A model generated the notes under the pieces. The model was not told where the DNA came from, did not search any database, and saw only the letters and a list, made by a program, of their open reading frames with translations. Of a DNA stretch of 64,000 nt, positions 1-9,838 are shown in pieces; position 1 is the stretch's first letter, and the number at the start of each line of letters is the position of its first letter. The DNA lies in assembly GCA_014728035.1 (NCBI GenBank), contig WJMJ01000046.1, forward strand, positions 158,136-222,135, given 5' to 3'. The DNA is from Promethearchaeota archaeon (GTDB lineage Archaea; Asgardarchaeota; Thorarchaeia; Thorarchaeales; Thorarchaeaceae). A program made the position numbers and the translations under genes.

Positions 1-185
1 TGGATATAACAGCAGAAGGAATGCTTAAGGAATATTCTTCTTCGATTTTGCGAGTGCTTGAAGATATTGGAAGTGGGTCATCTGTGTTGCCTATATCATC
101 ACGTCAGATGGAAGGAATGGAGATTCTATATGGGGAAATCCAGAGAATTCTTGCGGGAGGAGAAAACTACCAAACATACGAGTAG
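1..185 (+). CDS. 3' end of a probable GPN-loop GTPase (partial, runs off window)
   Basis: Frame 3 open to TAG at 183-185: ...VLPISSRQMEGMEILYGEIQRILAGGENYQTYE, resembling the G5 motif and C-terminus of archaeal GPN GTPases. Not in the ORF track. Confidence 0.55.
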   Translation, partial: DITAEGMLKEYSSSILRVLEDIGSGSSVLPISSRQMEGMEILYGEIQRILAGGENYQTYE

Positions 186-186
186 G

Positions 187-1215
187 ATGTCCCTAATGCA
201 CGAATACTTAATTGATATTTCAGGCGAAATTCCACATCTTGGAAAAGCCGAAGTTGATTCGCTTGTTGAAAATCATGATGGGGTATATAATCTCACATGG
301 AATGGTACAGATGGAACATTGAAAACACAAAATAATCCAATTGAATTTCTGATAGATAGAGCTGCATACTTGAAGAGAATCGTGAAAATCCTAAACAAAA
401 TTCCACGTGATACCTTGATTGCTCATTTGATGGATAAGGATATACTATCACGAATTGCACCATTTTCAAGCTTCAGTGTAAGAACGGAGTCTAGAATAAA
501 TGACTCATCTGAAGTTCGCGAGAGAATAACAAGAAAAATTGGAGCAAAAATTAAGAGTGTTTCAGGAGCTAAGGTATGTTTGGATTATCCCGAAAGAAAG
601 TTTCTTGTTATCATGGACTCTTCAGAAATCATCCTAGGAGAGTATTACAATTCTAGAGTTCGCCCAAAACTTAGAAAACTAAAAACTGGAATGAGAAGAT
701 ACTTTCATCCCTCAATGATGAATGCTTTTTTAGCTCGATCCATGTGTAACCTCGCAGGAGTAAAAAAGGGAAATATTGTGTTGGACCCATTCTGTGGAGC
801 TGGTGGTTTGTTATGCGAGATTGCAGATGTAGGAGCAATTCCAGTAGGCATTGATTTGAGTTGGAAATTGGTAAATGGGGCACGTCTGAATCTGGAGGAG
901 GATAGAATTCAGAGATATGGACTAGTCCAAGGTGATGCTTTTTCAATTCCAATCGAGAGATGTGACTGTATTGTTACGGACCCGCCCTATGGAAGGTGTA
1001 GTTCAACTAGGGGAGCTCATTCAAAGCATCTTGTAAGGAGTCTAATCGAACAAGCACCGGAAATAGTCAAGCCAACAGGAAAAATATGCATTGGAGCTAG
1101 TTCTAAAATGAATGTGGATCAGATTATTGAGGATTTCGATATATCTACAAAATATAAAATATCTATACCAGTTCATAAAGGGCTTATTAGAGAGATATTT
1201 GTTTTTAATGTCTAG
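187..1215 (+). CDS. THUMP-domain tRNA (guanine-N2)-methyltransferase (Trm11/TrmG10-like)
   Basis: SFSVR THUMP segment, HPSMM, LDPFCGAGG SAM motif, TDPPYG. ATG 187 preferred over TTG 58, which overlaps the upstream gene. Confidence 0.85.
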   Translation: MSLMHEYLIDISGEIPHLGKAEVDSLVENHDGVYNLTWNGTDGTLKTQNNPIEFLIDRAAYLKRIVKILNKIPRDTLIAHLMDKDILSRIAPFSSFSVRTESRINDSSEVRERITRKIGAKIKSVSGAKVCLDYPERKFLVIMDSSEIILGEYYNSRVRPKLRKLKTGMRRYFHPSMMNAFLARSMCNLAGVKKGNIVLDPFCGAGGLLCEIADVGAIPVGIDLSWKLVNGARLNLEEDRIQRYGLVQGDAFSIPIERCDCIVTDPPYGRCSSTRGAHSKHLVRSLIEQAPEIVKPTGKICIGASSKMNVDQIIEDFDISTKYKISIPVHKGLIREIFVFNV

Positions 1216-1637
1216 TTTTGAACAATACGTCCACCTTTTGTTGGAGGAGTAAACCATTTGAGAAATATTTCAAATCGATTCATTTCTTCAAAAAACAGCT
1301 CAACAAGTATACTTCCAAGAGGGGGGTCTTCAGCAGAATCATCCAAGATACGAAAACGTCCAACAGTAATTGCTTGTTTATCAAACTTGAAGAAAGTACT
1401 TGTTCCATTCCAGTTTTGTTCAAGTCGTTTCCGGACAGTATCAATTATTCTTAAATTATGAATCAAGTCTCTCAAAAGTTCAAGCGTTTCTTGGTCATTT
1501 GATGTATAAATTAGATAGCGAGTACCCATTATCTCCGTTATTTCAAAAGAAAGTGGAAAGAAGATCACCTCAATGCTACTTTTGATAACTTCAACAGATT
1601 CAGTAGAGTATACGGGACAACGAACAGCATATTTCAA
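1212..1637 (-). CDS. UPF0201/DUF54 putative RNA-binding protein
   Basis: PVYSTES, KFDKQA, DPPLGSI, FTPPTKGG motifs. TTG start chosen next to the upstream stop. Confidence 0.7.
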   Translation of the reverse strand: MKYAVRCPVYSTESVEVIKSSIEVIFFPLSFEITEIMGTRYLIYTSNDQETLELLRDLIHNLRIIDTVRKRLEQNWNGTSTFFKFDKQAITVGRFRILDDSAEDPPLGSILVELFFEEMNRFEIFLKWFTPPTKGGRIVQN

Positions 1638-1638
1638 T

Positions 1639-2178
1639 TCACAACAACTCTTTGATGGTATTGGTACATATAATCTGAAATTTTTCAAGTGATAATTCAT
1701 TGACAAGCATTATATCACTCATAGCAATTACCCCACCCAGTCCAACAGAGAGTTCCCTAATATCTCGCTCTTTGAAGGATTCCCAGTCTGTTGGGGCGTC
1801 ATCGCGCTTTCTTTCTTGTAGACGATTGAATCGAGTATTAGGAGAAGCATGAACGCATACTATCTTTAGATTGTCGCAATAGGACTGGAAAACATCTATT
1901 TCAGCCAAACTTCTACAACCTTCTATTAGAATCACATCATTGTTTAATTTTAATATGGCGTCGATACAGTATTTGGCGACTGCTCCAGGCCCTTCCTTTT
2001 CTCTAATTTCAAGCATAGTAATACGAGTGTTCGTGGGGGTTGGTTTGAGCCCCTTTCTACAAGTAATTTCGCGTATTATGTCACCCATTACAATAACAGG
2101 GACATCTAAATCACTTGCAGCCTTGGCAATTTCACTTTTTCCAGCACCAGGCATACCTGTAACAACAATAAGATTCAT
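1639..2178 (-). CDS. UPF0200 P-loop kinase (dephospho-CoA/nucleotide kinase-like)
   Basis: VTGMPGAGKS Walker A, MGDIIRE, IEGCRS, RxDD..F.ERD.REL. Confidence 0.8.
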   Translation of the reverse strand: MNLIVVTGMPGAGKSEIAKAASDLDVPVIVMGDIIREITCRKGLKPTPTNTRITMLEIREKEGPGAVAKYCIDAILKLNNDVILIEGCRSLAEIDVFQSYCDNLKIVCVHASPNTRFNRLQERKRDDAPTDWESFKERDIRELSVGLGGVIAMSDIMLVNELSLEKFQIICTNTIKELL

Positions 2179-2261
2179 TTTTCTTGCCCCTTAGCTCATA
2201 CGCTCTATTTGGAACGGTCAAAACCATTATGCTTTAAGAGTTCCTAATTGCTAAATATCGG

Positions 2262-2858
2262 ATGACATCAATCGTTTTTGGAGAGCAAAAATTAATGGAT
2301 AACAAATTAAGATCATTTATCAGTGTGAATATTTCGAATGAAACACTACTAGAAAGAATTATGGACATACAAAATGCACTAGATTATACTGCAGCAAAGA
2401 TTAAAAAAATAAAGCCAGAGAATATCCATTTTACATTACGCTTTCTCGGAAACACATCTGAATCAAAGCTCGCCCTAATAAAAAAAGAGCTTGAAAAAGC
2501 ATCATTCAACCCATTTAGAATCATCATCGAAGGAGTTGGCGTTTTCCCCAAGGTAAATAAACCAAGAATCATCTGGGTAGGAGTTACCCATAATGCACCC
2601 CAATTTGTAGAATTGAAAGAACAAATTGACAATGGACTAAAAAATTTAGGTTATGATAAAGATAGAAAATTTATTCCACATGCTACGATAGCTAGAGTAA
2701 GATACATCAAGAAAAAAGAACTGCTTAAGCAAAATATAACACATCTTTCAGAACGTATGATAGGAGAAATGGAAATATATCAATTTTCAATGATGATTAG
2801 CACTCTCACACCAGATGGACCAATTTATAAAAAATTATGGAGTATTAGCAGTTCGTAG
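2262..2858 (+). CDS. thpR: RNA 2',3'-cyclic phosphodiesterase (2H family)
   Basis: Two HxT motifs (HFTLRFLG, PHATIAR), PRIIWVG, GPIY. Confidence 0.9.
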   Translation: MTSIVFGEQKLMDNKLRSFISVNISNETLLERIMDIQNALDYTAAKIKKIKPENIHFTLRFLGNTSESKLALIKKELEKASFNPFRIIIEGVGVFPKVNKPRIIWVGVTHNAPQFVELKEQIDNGLKNLGYDKDRKFIPHATIARVRYIKKKELLKQNITHLSERMIGEMEIYQFSMMISTLTPDGPIYKKLWSISSS

Positions 2859-2870
2859 GTCGAGGAGGAG

Positions 2871-2947
2871 TGGTGGGCCGGGGGCGACTTGAACGCCCGA
2901 TCTCTTGCACCCCAAGCAAGAATCATACCAAGCTAGACTACCGACCC
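2871..2947 (-). tRNA. tRNA-Pro(GGG), CCA encoded
   Basis: Cloverleaf: GGGTCGG/CCGGCCC acceptor stem, anticodon arm CTTGC-TTGGGGT-GCAAG, TTCAAGT T-loop. Confidence 0.95.
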
Positions 2948-3060
2948 GAATTCATGTATGAGGGTGATACTTGCGATAATGAAAGAGAAAATAAACGTTA
3001 CCAATCACCTATGAATGTTGGAACACGTGTTCTAGTTTATAGAATGACACAGTTTATAGG

Positions 3061-4146
3061 ATGAAAACGTGTGATATACAAACAGGGATAGCAATGGTGA
3101 CCAAGATAGTATATGATGAAATATTCAAGCTTCATGAGATGGCGCCAGGACACCCAGAGAATCCACTTCGTTTAGAAGCAGCATTAGAAGGGATTAGAGA
3201 AATTAACACCATTGAGGGAGAAATTGGATTCCTTAAACCAAAGAGAGCAGAATTAGAAGATATTTACAAAATTCATGACAAAAAGTATATTGAACATGTA
3301 AAAGATCAATCGGAAAAAGGAGGCGGATTTTTCACGCTAGATACTACATCCAATGAGCACACATATTTAGCATCACTTTTCGCAGCTGGAGGAGGAGTAT
3401 TAGCAGTTAATGAAATAGTTCGTAATTCTGTAAAGAATGCATTGGTACTTTGTCGTCCACCAGGACATCATGCAGAGTTCGGACGAGCTTTCGGATTCTG
3501 CTTCGTTAACAATATAGCAATTGCTGCAAAATATCTAATTGATACAACAGATTGCAACAGAGTAATGATTATAGATTATGATGCACATCATGGGAACGGA
3601 ACACAGAATGCATTCTATTCAACAAATGATGTGATGTACATTGGATTACACCAAGATGGTAGAACTCTTTTCCCTGGGACAGGATTTGTAGGAGAAATTG
3701 GAGAAGGGGACGGAAAAGGATACAACATTAATATTCCCATGATACCTACTGCAGGAGATTGGGCATATGGAATAGCCTTTGATGAAGTGATTCAACCTAT
3801 TGCAGAATCGTATAATCCAGACTTCATTCTCGTATCATCGGGATTTGATTGCCATTATCAAGACCCATTAGCTCAACTAGGACTTACATATCAAGGAATA
3901 ATTAATATCAATCAAAGGCTAATAGATATCGCTGAAAAAATAGCAAGTGGAAGAATTGCATTTTTCTTAGAGGGCGGATATAATCTTGGAGTGATAAAAC
4001 AAGCTAGTAAACATCTTGTAGAACAATTAGCTGGAATTCCAATTGAAAAAATTCCAGAGCAACATCACAAAGAGAACAAACATGAAGAGAATATACAATT
4101 AATAATCCAAGAATTAAAAAAACAACTAACAGAATTATGCTTCTAA
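3061..4146 (+). CDS. Histone deacetylase family (Zn-dependent) protein
   Basis: HPENPLRL, RPPGHHA, GFCFVNN, DYDAHHGNGTQ, GFDCH..DPL, LEGGY. Confidence 0.93.
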   Translation: MKTCDIQTGIAMVTKIVYDEIFKLHEMAPGHPENPLRLEAALEGIREINTIEGEIGFLKPKRAELEDIYKIHDKKYIEHVKDQSEKGGGFFTLDTTSNEHTYLASLFAAGGGVLAVNEIVRNSVKNALVLCRPPGHHAEFGRAFGFCFVNNIAIAAKYLIDTTDCNRVMIIDYDAHHGNGTQNAFYSTNDVMYIGLHQDGRTLFPGTGFVGEIGEGDGKGYNINIPMIPTAGDWAYGIAFDEVIQPIAESYNPDFILVSSGFDCHYQDPLAQLGLTYQGIININQRLIDIAEKIASGRIAFFLEGGYNLGVIKQASKHLVEQLAGIPIEKIPEQHHKENKHEENIQLIIQELKKQLTELCF

Positions 4147-4394
4147 TTATCTTCAAAATTTTCGTGTGTGATTCGAGTGGAATGTTCTATGTGGCATAGA
4201 AGTTCTGGACTTTCTTGAACTTAAACAACGAAACATCAAATCTCAACTGTTTCGAAATAGAAAATATTTCTAGGAAATCATCTTGTTGTGACAGAGGGGA
4301 TTCAGTGATACTATGGTGTGTCGAAAGAGAGACAATTCTGTCATGGATAAGCACATCAAATACTCCGATTAATTTTCATCAGGTTTTCGGATTT

Positions 4395-7300
4395 TTATGG
4401 CCGCTTTATTTTTTCTCCGCCAGGATTAAAGAGGATACCTTCTGTAAGTAACTTACTTAATGCCTCTTCTGCACGTTCTTTTGAAAGACCCATTTCGCTT
4501 ACTCTTTGCAATAAAGTTTCTTTCTCAATAGACGATTTTCCTTCTGCTTCAAAGGCCTTCATAGCAGCTAATATGATTTCTGATGCATTGCGTTGAGATG
4601 CACTAATAGGAGATGCAATACGATCAATATCGATTCTCTTTGTTACGGGATCAAAAGCAACCATTCGTAACGATTCTTCCATAAGATGTACCGCAGCCTG
4701 TGCGTCTTCTCGACTCACTTCAGTATTTAGTGAAACTCTTGCACGTGCTTCCGATAAGCGAACCAATGCTTCAAGCTGCCTAGCGGTGATAGGAACAGGA
4801 GCAGCACCACCTTCAGCTCGAGACCTAAGACCTACATAAAAGGATTCTATTACTTCAGCAGCTTCAGCTGTAAGTTGAGGCGTCACATGAATATTTGCGT
4901 ATCCAATGTATTTTTTCAGAAAATCGGGTTCAATAGGAGGAATTGTTTCTTTCTCTTTTGTTGTCTGCATACGGTGCATACCCAAAATGAATTTTGCTAA
5001 TTCCCGGTCTTTACTTTCTTCAACAGTATCTACTAGAATCCATATGAGGTCGAATCGAGACAATATAGTAAAAGGAAGCTTAATGTTATCTTGAATTGAC
5101 AACGAGGGTTCGTATCGACCAAGAGTGGGATTTGCTGCAGCCAATATAGAGGTACGTGCATTTAGTGTAGCGACAATTCCAGCTTTAGCAATGCTAACGG
5201 TATTATGAAGAATGGTACCTTGACTGATGAAGCTGTGTTCGGGTTCAACCGTTACATCATACACGTATTCCGTGGAATATGGGCCTGCATTATCAATACG
5301 CCGTATACTTTCAATTCTTAGAAAGCTAAGAATTCCTTCAAGATGGGATTCTATTTTCTCGATTTCGGAGTCAAGTACATCCAATTCAGCTCTGATAGAT
5401 CTTTTCAGTTTCTCAATAGTCTTCTCTAGTAATTCAATTGAATAGTCACCATTTTCAAGATGGTATATGGAAGATTTACTTATACCAATCTTTTGAGCAG
5501 CTGTTTCCTGTGACCATTTGAGAATTTTTCGTAACGATTTCAAAGAGTCTGATGCATTTTCAAAATTTTCTCCAACCTGCTTTCTTGCATTTATGATGGA
5601 ATCGAGACATTTTCTAAGCATATATCTTGTAATTCCGAATCCATCTTGTATCGAACGATAGAAATCGCAATCATGGGTAATGCCTACCCGCCTACTCAGT
5701 TGCATCAGTCTTTCACCAAAGCTTTGTAGAAAGACATCATGATGGTCGTTTCTTCTACTAGATTGTTTAATAATCTGGTCGATTCTCTCAAGACGTGAGT
5801 CCCACTCTTCAACAAATTTATCCCTGAAAAGAGGAAGAGAATTACTTCGAATGACGACCTTGTAAGAATTATTATGGGAGTCAGCCAATATTTTACTTTG
5901 TAATCCAATTCCTAGAAGAAGATCTTGATAATCGCAAGCTAATCCTGATGATGCAGTTCGATAAGACACCTCTTCAGATTCAACAGCTCCAGCTCCTATG
6001 AAAGCAGATTTTAGAAAACTAATTATCGCCTTCTCTCCAGACTTAAAAAGCTGAGAAGGTATACGTTTCTGAGTTGAAAGATTCATTATCTCGGGAAAAT
6101 TCTCAGAAAAGAAATCCATCAGTTGAACCGAAACAAAACGAATCGTACGATTCCGTTCAACATAATCAACACTTTCAATTCCAAAAATATCTTGCATCAA
6201 ATTAAGAAGATCATTCTTAATTTGGACTGAAGTTGTGGAGAATTCAATTTCATTAGTAGATTCATCATAGCGATATCCTTCTGTAACAAAATAACCCAGA
6301 ATTCGAGCCAAATTGTTCGACATACGTGCTGGTTGAATTATTGCTTCTACAGGCTTGTGAGATGCTTGAACTGCTGTCAGAATTGCCCCAGGATTGTGAC
6401 CACAGGGCATTTTTCGTGGAGCAGGAACAAAAGCACCAACCATAGCATCCTCTGCAGGAATTGTTCTAACATCTCCATCCTTGTATATAAACAAGGGATG
6501 GTCTGGAGTTACGACAATCTTCCGACCATTACCAAATGCGACTTCAATGAAATAATCAGGGGCGGTATGACGGCTGACTCTATCCACTTTCACCTTTCTG
6601 ACAGTAATGAAGTTGGTGGTATAAAGTTCCAAATTGAGAGAGATTGTATCAACTATCTCACAATTTACACCTTGAACAACTCTTTTAGGATGCGCATCGA
6701 ACAATCTATCAACAATGGACCCAATGGGAAGCCTGCGTCCATCAGTAAGAAGAATCTCTGTCGAGGGATGGAAACTATGTTGTTCCATCGCCTCATGAAT
6801 TGCAGTTCTGTCATTAGGGTCCATTTTATCAAATTCATCAATGCACGCAATACCTTGGTCAGCTAAAACTAATGCTCCAGCTTCGAGTGTCATTGAGCCG
6901 GTATCGGTATCATGGACAACAGCAGCAGTAAGTCCTGCAGCTGTGGTGCCTTTTCCAGAAGTATACAAACTTCGTGATGCTAACTTTGCCACGAATTTTA
7001 GAATTTGGCTCTTACCTGTGCCAGGGTCTCCAATCATCAGAATATTGGAACGCCCCCTTAATCGAGTTCCATCGGGAAGAGTTTTTCCAACCCCACCAAA
7101 TAGAAGTAAAGCAATTGATTCTTTTATGAATTCATGACCATGTATTGAAGGAGCAATTGAAGCGAAAATACGCTCGTGAATGTAGGGGTCCTCAGATAGC
7201 TCGTGAATCCGTTTTTCTTCTTCATCTGATATTTCCAACTGTTCATATTCTTTTTCGGTTATTTCAACTCCATTAGCTTCAATGAATACATTGAAAGTAG

Positions 7301-8036
7301 CTAGTTTGCCACCGCGACGAGAGAAATCAGGAGATGTTTGAAGAATTCCTGAAACCTTCACCAAATCACCTGGTCTAGATATATCGACAATATCACCTTC
7401 AAGAGTAACATCAACTGATCGAGGCATTTGGCCGGGAGGTAATTCTTCAGGAGACTCCTGAATACGTACTCTTTGCCAATCGATGAATTGAGATTCTTCT
7501 GGCAATAGTTTCATTGGAGTCTTTTTCATACAGGTTGGACACATTACAGGTTCGGAGTATCGACCACCTTCCAGCTCATGTGACAAAGGATTAGAACAGA
7601 TTCGACATTCAAACACAGCTTTAACTAGCAAGGGTTTAACTTCACTTGCACGCATCATTATTCCACTAATACGAATCAAATGACCAATATGTCTAGAACG
7701 AATAGCTCTTAGGGGTACAGTATCAAGGTAGTTGGTTATTCGTACCTTGATAATACCCTCATCAATACTTTCAATATAATCAGGATCTTCGATTCTTAAA
7801 ATCGACACTAGTGCATTACTTATACTTCTAATAAATTCAGAGGGGGTTTCAGCAGCTTCTGTAATAAAGATGCTATCAAAACTAGCTAAATCTTGAAAAT
7901 CAACAGATAATGAGGTTTCATCATTTAAGGACATTCTCTGGACGCGATTCCAGTATGTCAAAGCACCTTGTTCATCCGTATAGCTTCGTAGAAAATTTTG
8001 GAATCTTTCTTCCAATGAGTCTAACTCGGTCGTCAT
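4395..8036 (-). CDS. mcm: Replicative helicase MCM, intein-containing
   Basis: Zn finger CRIC..CPTC, QESPEELPPGQMPR, GDPGTGKSQ, IDEFDKM, SIAKAG, SRFDL, ITARQLE. Confidence 0.97.
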   Translation of the reverse strand: MTTELDSLEERFQNFLRSYTDEQGALTYWNRVQRMSLNDETSLSVDFQDLASFDSIFITEAAETPSEFIRSISNALVSILRIEDPDYIESIDEGIIKVRITNYLDTVPLRAIRSRHIGHLIRISGIMMRASEVKPLLVKAVFECRICSNPLSHELEGGRYSEPVMCPTCMKKTPMKLLPEESQFIDWQRVRIQESPEELPPGQMPRSVDVTLEGDIVDISRPGDLVKVSGILQTSPDFSRRGGKLATFNVFIEANGVEITEKEYEQLEISDEEEKRIHELSEDPYIHERIFASIAPSIHGHEFIKESIALLLFGGVGKTLPDGTRLRGRSNILMIGDPGTGKSQILKFVAKLASRSLYTSGKGTTAAGLTAAVVHDTDTGSMTLEAGALVLADQGIACIDEFDKMDPNDRTAIHEAMEQHSFHPSTEILLTDGRRLPIGSIVDRLFDAHPKRVVQGVNCEIVDTISLNLELYTTNFITVRKVKVDRVSRHTAPDYFIEVAFGNGRKIVVTPDHPLFIYKDGDVRTIPAEDAMVGAFVPAPRKMPCGHNPGAILTAVQASHKPVEAIIQPARMSNNLARILGYFVTEGYRYDESTNEIEFSTTSVQIKNDLLNLMQDIFGIESVDYVERNRTIRFVSVQLMDFFSENFPEIMNLSTQKRIPSQLFKSGEKAIISFLKSAFIGAGAVESEEVSYRTASSGLACDYQDLLLGIGLQSKILADSHNNSYKVVIRSNSLPLFRDKFVEEWDSRLERIDQIIKQSSRRNDHHDVFLQSFGERLMQLSRRVGITHDCDFYRSIQDGFGITRYMLRKCLDSIINARKQVGENFENASDSLKSLRKILKWSQETAAQKIGISKSSIYHLENGDYSIELLEKTIEKLKRSIRAELDVLDSEIEKIESHLEGILSFLRIESIRRIDNAGPYSTEYVYDVTVEPEHSFISQGTILHNTVSIAKAGIVATLNARTSILAAANPTLGRYEPSLSIQDNIKLPFTILSRFDLIWILVDTVEESKDRELAKFILGMHRMQTTKEKETIPPIEPDFLKKYIGYANIHVTPQLTAEAAEVIESFYVGLRSRAEGGAAPVPITARQLEALVRLSEARARVSLNTEVSREDAQAAVHLMEESLRMVAFDPVTKRIDIDRIASPISASQRNASEIILAAMKAFEAEGKSSIEKETLLQRVSEMGLSKERAEEALSKLLTEGILFNPGGEKIKRP
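5202..6776 (-). mobile_element. Intein (525 aa) with LAGLIDADG-type homing endonuclease region and an XRE-like HTH
   Basis: Interrupts EAMEQH|TVSIAKAG. Starts SFHPSTEILL, block B VTPDHP, LGYFVTEG and FLKSAFIGAG blocks, ends VYDVTV..HSF..GTILHN followed by Thr. Confidence 0.93.
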
Positions 8037-8176
8037 TATTCAGAAGCCTCACTTATAGAGTTACATTGTTATCATTTCGAGTCAATCGAAGTTCAAAGAG
8101 TGTATCTCTCATAGAGATATTAAAAACACTCTCAAGGATAACGAGTAATATCATTAAGGCAATTAAGTTCTGTGTA

Positions 8177-8746
8177 TTACTCAAGAAGTTCTTTTCGCCA
8201 ATCAGAGAGAAGAGAGGTTAATTGTTCACCCAACCAACGTTCTTCCAAGGTCATTTCATTTCGCATATCTTGTAATGCACCAGACTTTGCAATTCTCAAT
8301 ATTTTGGATAAGCGGGTTTGAACCAGAAAGGGGAGCATTTGCTGTGTTCTCTCAATTTCATCATATCTTCTTTTGTCAAGAATAGTTTTGTCATTTTGTA
8401 ACCTAGCTATTTTCCTGCATAATGCTTGATACAGTAAAGGAGGAATTGCCTGCATTTTATGAGGATGCCGTTCTTCAGCACGGTGAATATTTTGAAGATT
8501 TCTTGAAGATTCATATTCATTTTGTGAATCAATTTCAATAATCTGTTCCTTTAGAAGTACTTCAATGACCCAATTGGGAAGTTCAACCTTAGAACCGGAT
8601 TTGAAAGGGCCAATAATACGACCACTGATAGTCATTTTTGGTATATCTTTTTGAAAGATACAACTTCTTACTTCATGTAAAAATTCCAACCCAAAACGAT
8701 TCATTACATCTTCAGGCAAATCAACCAGTTGCATTATAGTCACCAT
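8177..8746 (-). CDS. GINS subunit Gins23 (Psf2/Psf3-like)
   Basis: IGPFKSG..VELPNW B-domain, RLSKILRIA..MTLEE. Directly upstream of mcm as in many archaea. Confidence 0.8.
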   Translation of the reverse strand: MVTIMQLVDLPEDVMNRFGLEFLHEVRSCIFQKDIPKMTISGRIIGPFKSGSKVELPNWVIEVLLKEQIIEIDSQNEYESSRNLQNIHRAEERHPHKMQAIPPLLYQALCRKIARLQNDKTILDKRRYDEIERTQQMLPFLVQTRLSKILRIAKSGALQDMRNEMTLEERWLGEQLTSLLSDWRKELLE

Positions 8747-8887
8747 TAGGATAACGAATTGATATCAAGGTATACTCGTTTAAATATCACCATTCAAAGT
8801 TAAGCCGGAGAATCTATTAGGATTCTGATGAGGACCAGTACTAGATACCTACTATATGAAATAAATGTGTGGATGTGAAATTATCTA

Positions 8888-9835
8888 ATGGATATAGATC
8901 TCTGGACAGAAAAATATCGCGCTCGAACGCTCAAAGATGTCTTAGGGCAAAAAGCTGCAATTGAAAGTCTAACAAAATTTGTTGAGAACAAAACAGTTCC
9001 ACATTGCCTTTTTGCGGGACCACCAGGAACAGGTAAGACCACTGCAGCTATGGCAATGGCCAGAGATTTATTTGGTGATTCTTTTGAGAGAAACTTCATG
9101 GAACTCAATGCCAGTGATGAAAGGGGAATAGATGTTGTTCGAAACCAAATAAAACGATTTGCCAGAATAAAACCAACTGAAAATGCACCCTTCAAAATAC
9201 TGGTTCTAGATGAAGCAGATCACCTTACAGGAGATGCTCAACATGCACTCAGAAGAACTATGGAAACATATGCTTCATCTTGTCGAATAATCTTGATATG
9301 CAACTATTCAAGTAGAATAATACCACCAATTCAATCAAGATGTGCAATATTCAAATTCAATAGATTAGACAACGAAGCTATTTCAGACAGATTGGAATAC
9401 ATCAGCAAAAATGAAGATGTTGATATTGAAAAAGAAGCGATTGACGCAATTCTTTATTTGTCCGAAGGGGATATGCGTGCAGCAATTAATCTTTTACAAG
9501 CATCCTCATCTAGTTCAAGTAAAATTTCTGAAGGGATTGTATTTTCAATTTCGGGTAAAGCAAATCCACAGTTAATTGAAGATATGCTTGAACTTGCTCT
9601 AACGGGCAATTACGAAAAATCCATCAGCGAAATGAAAAACCTTCTCTACAAAGTAGGTATTGCACCCATTGACTTGGTGAGGCAAATTCATCGCCAAATA
9701 ATGAGAAAAGAAATACCATCAAAACAAAGAACAACCATATTAGAGAAAATGGCGGATACGGAGTTTCGGATAACAGAAGGAGCAAATGGAGAAATTCAAC
9801 TCACATCCCTACTTATCTCAATGCACGGGTTGTAG
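8888..9835 (+). CDS. rfcS: Replication factor C small subunit
   Basis: [30 protein letters not shown]. Confidence 0.95.
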   Translation: MDIDLWTEKYRARTLKDVLGQKAAIESLTKFVENKTVPHCLFAGPPGTGKTTAAMAMARDLFGDSFERNFMELNASDERGIDVVRNQIKRFARIKPTENAPFKILVLDEADHLTGDAQHALRRTMETYASSCRIILICNYSSRIIPPIQSRCAIFKFNRLDNEAISDRLEYISKNEDVDIEKEAIDAILYLSEGDMRAAINLLQASSSSSSKISEGIVFSISGKANPQLIEDMLELALTGNYEKSISEMKNLLYKVGIAPIDLVRQIHRQIMRKEIPSKQRTTILEKMADTEFRITEGANGEIQLTSLLISMHGL

Positions 9836-9838
9836 AAA

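Noticed and set aside
3021-3032. LexA/SOS box reading of GAAC-N4-GTTC
   Set aside because: Archaeal context, the central ACGT is also conserved, and the sites are not at repair genes.
2870-3064. 64-aa ORF
   Set aside because: Antisense shadow of tRNA-Pro.
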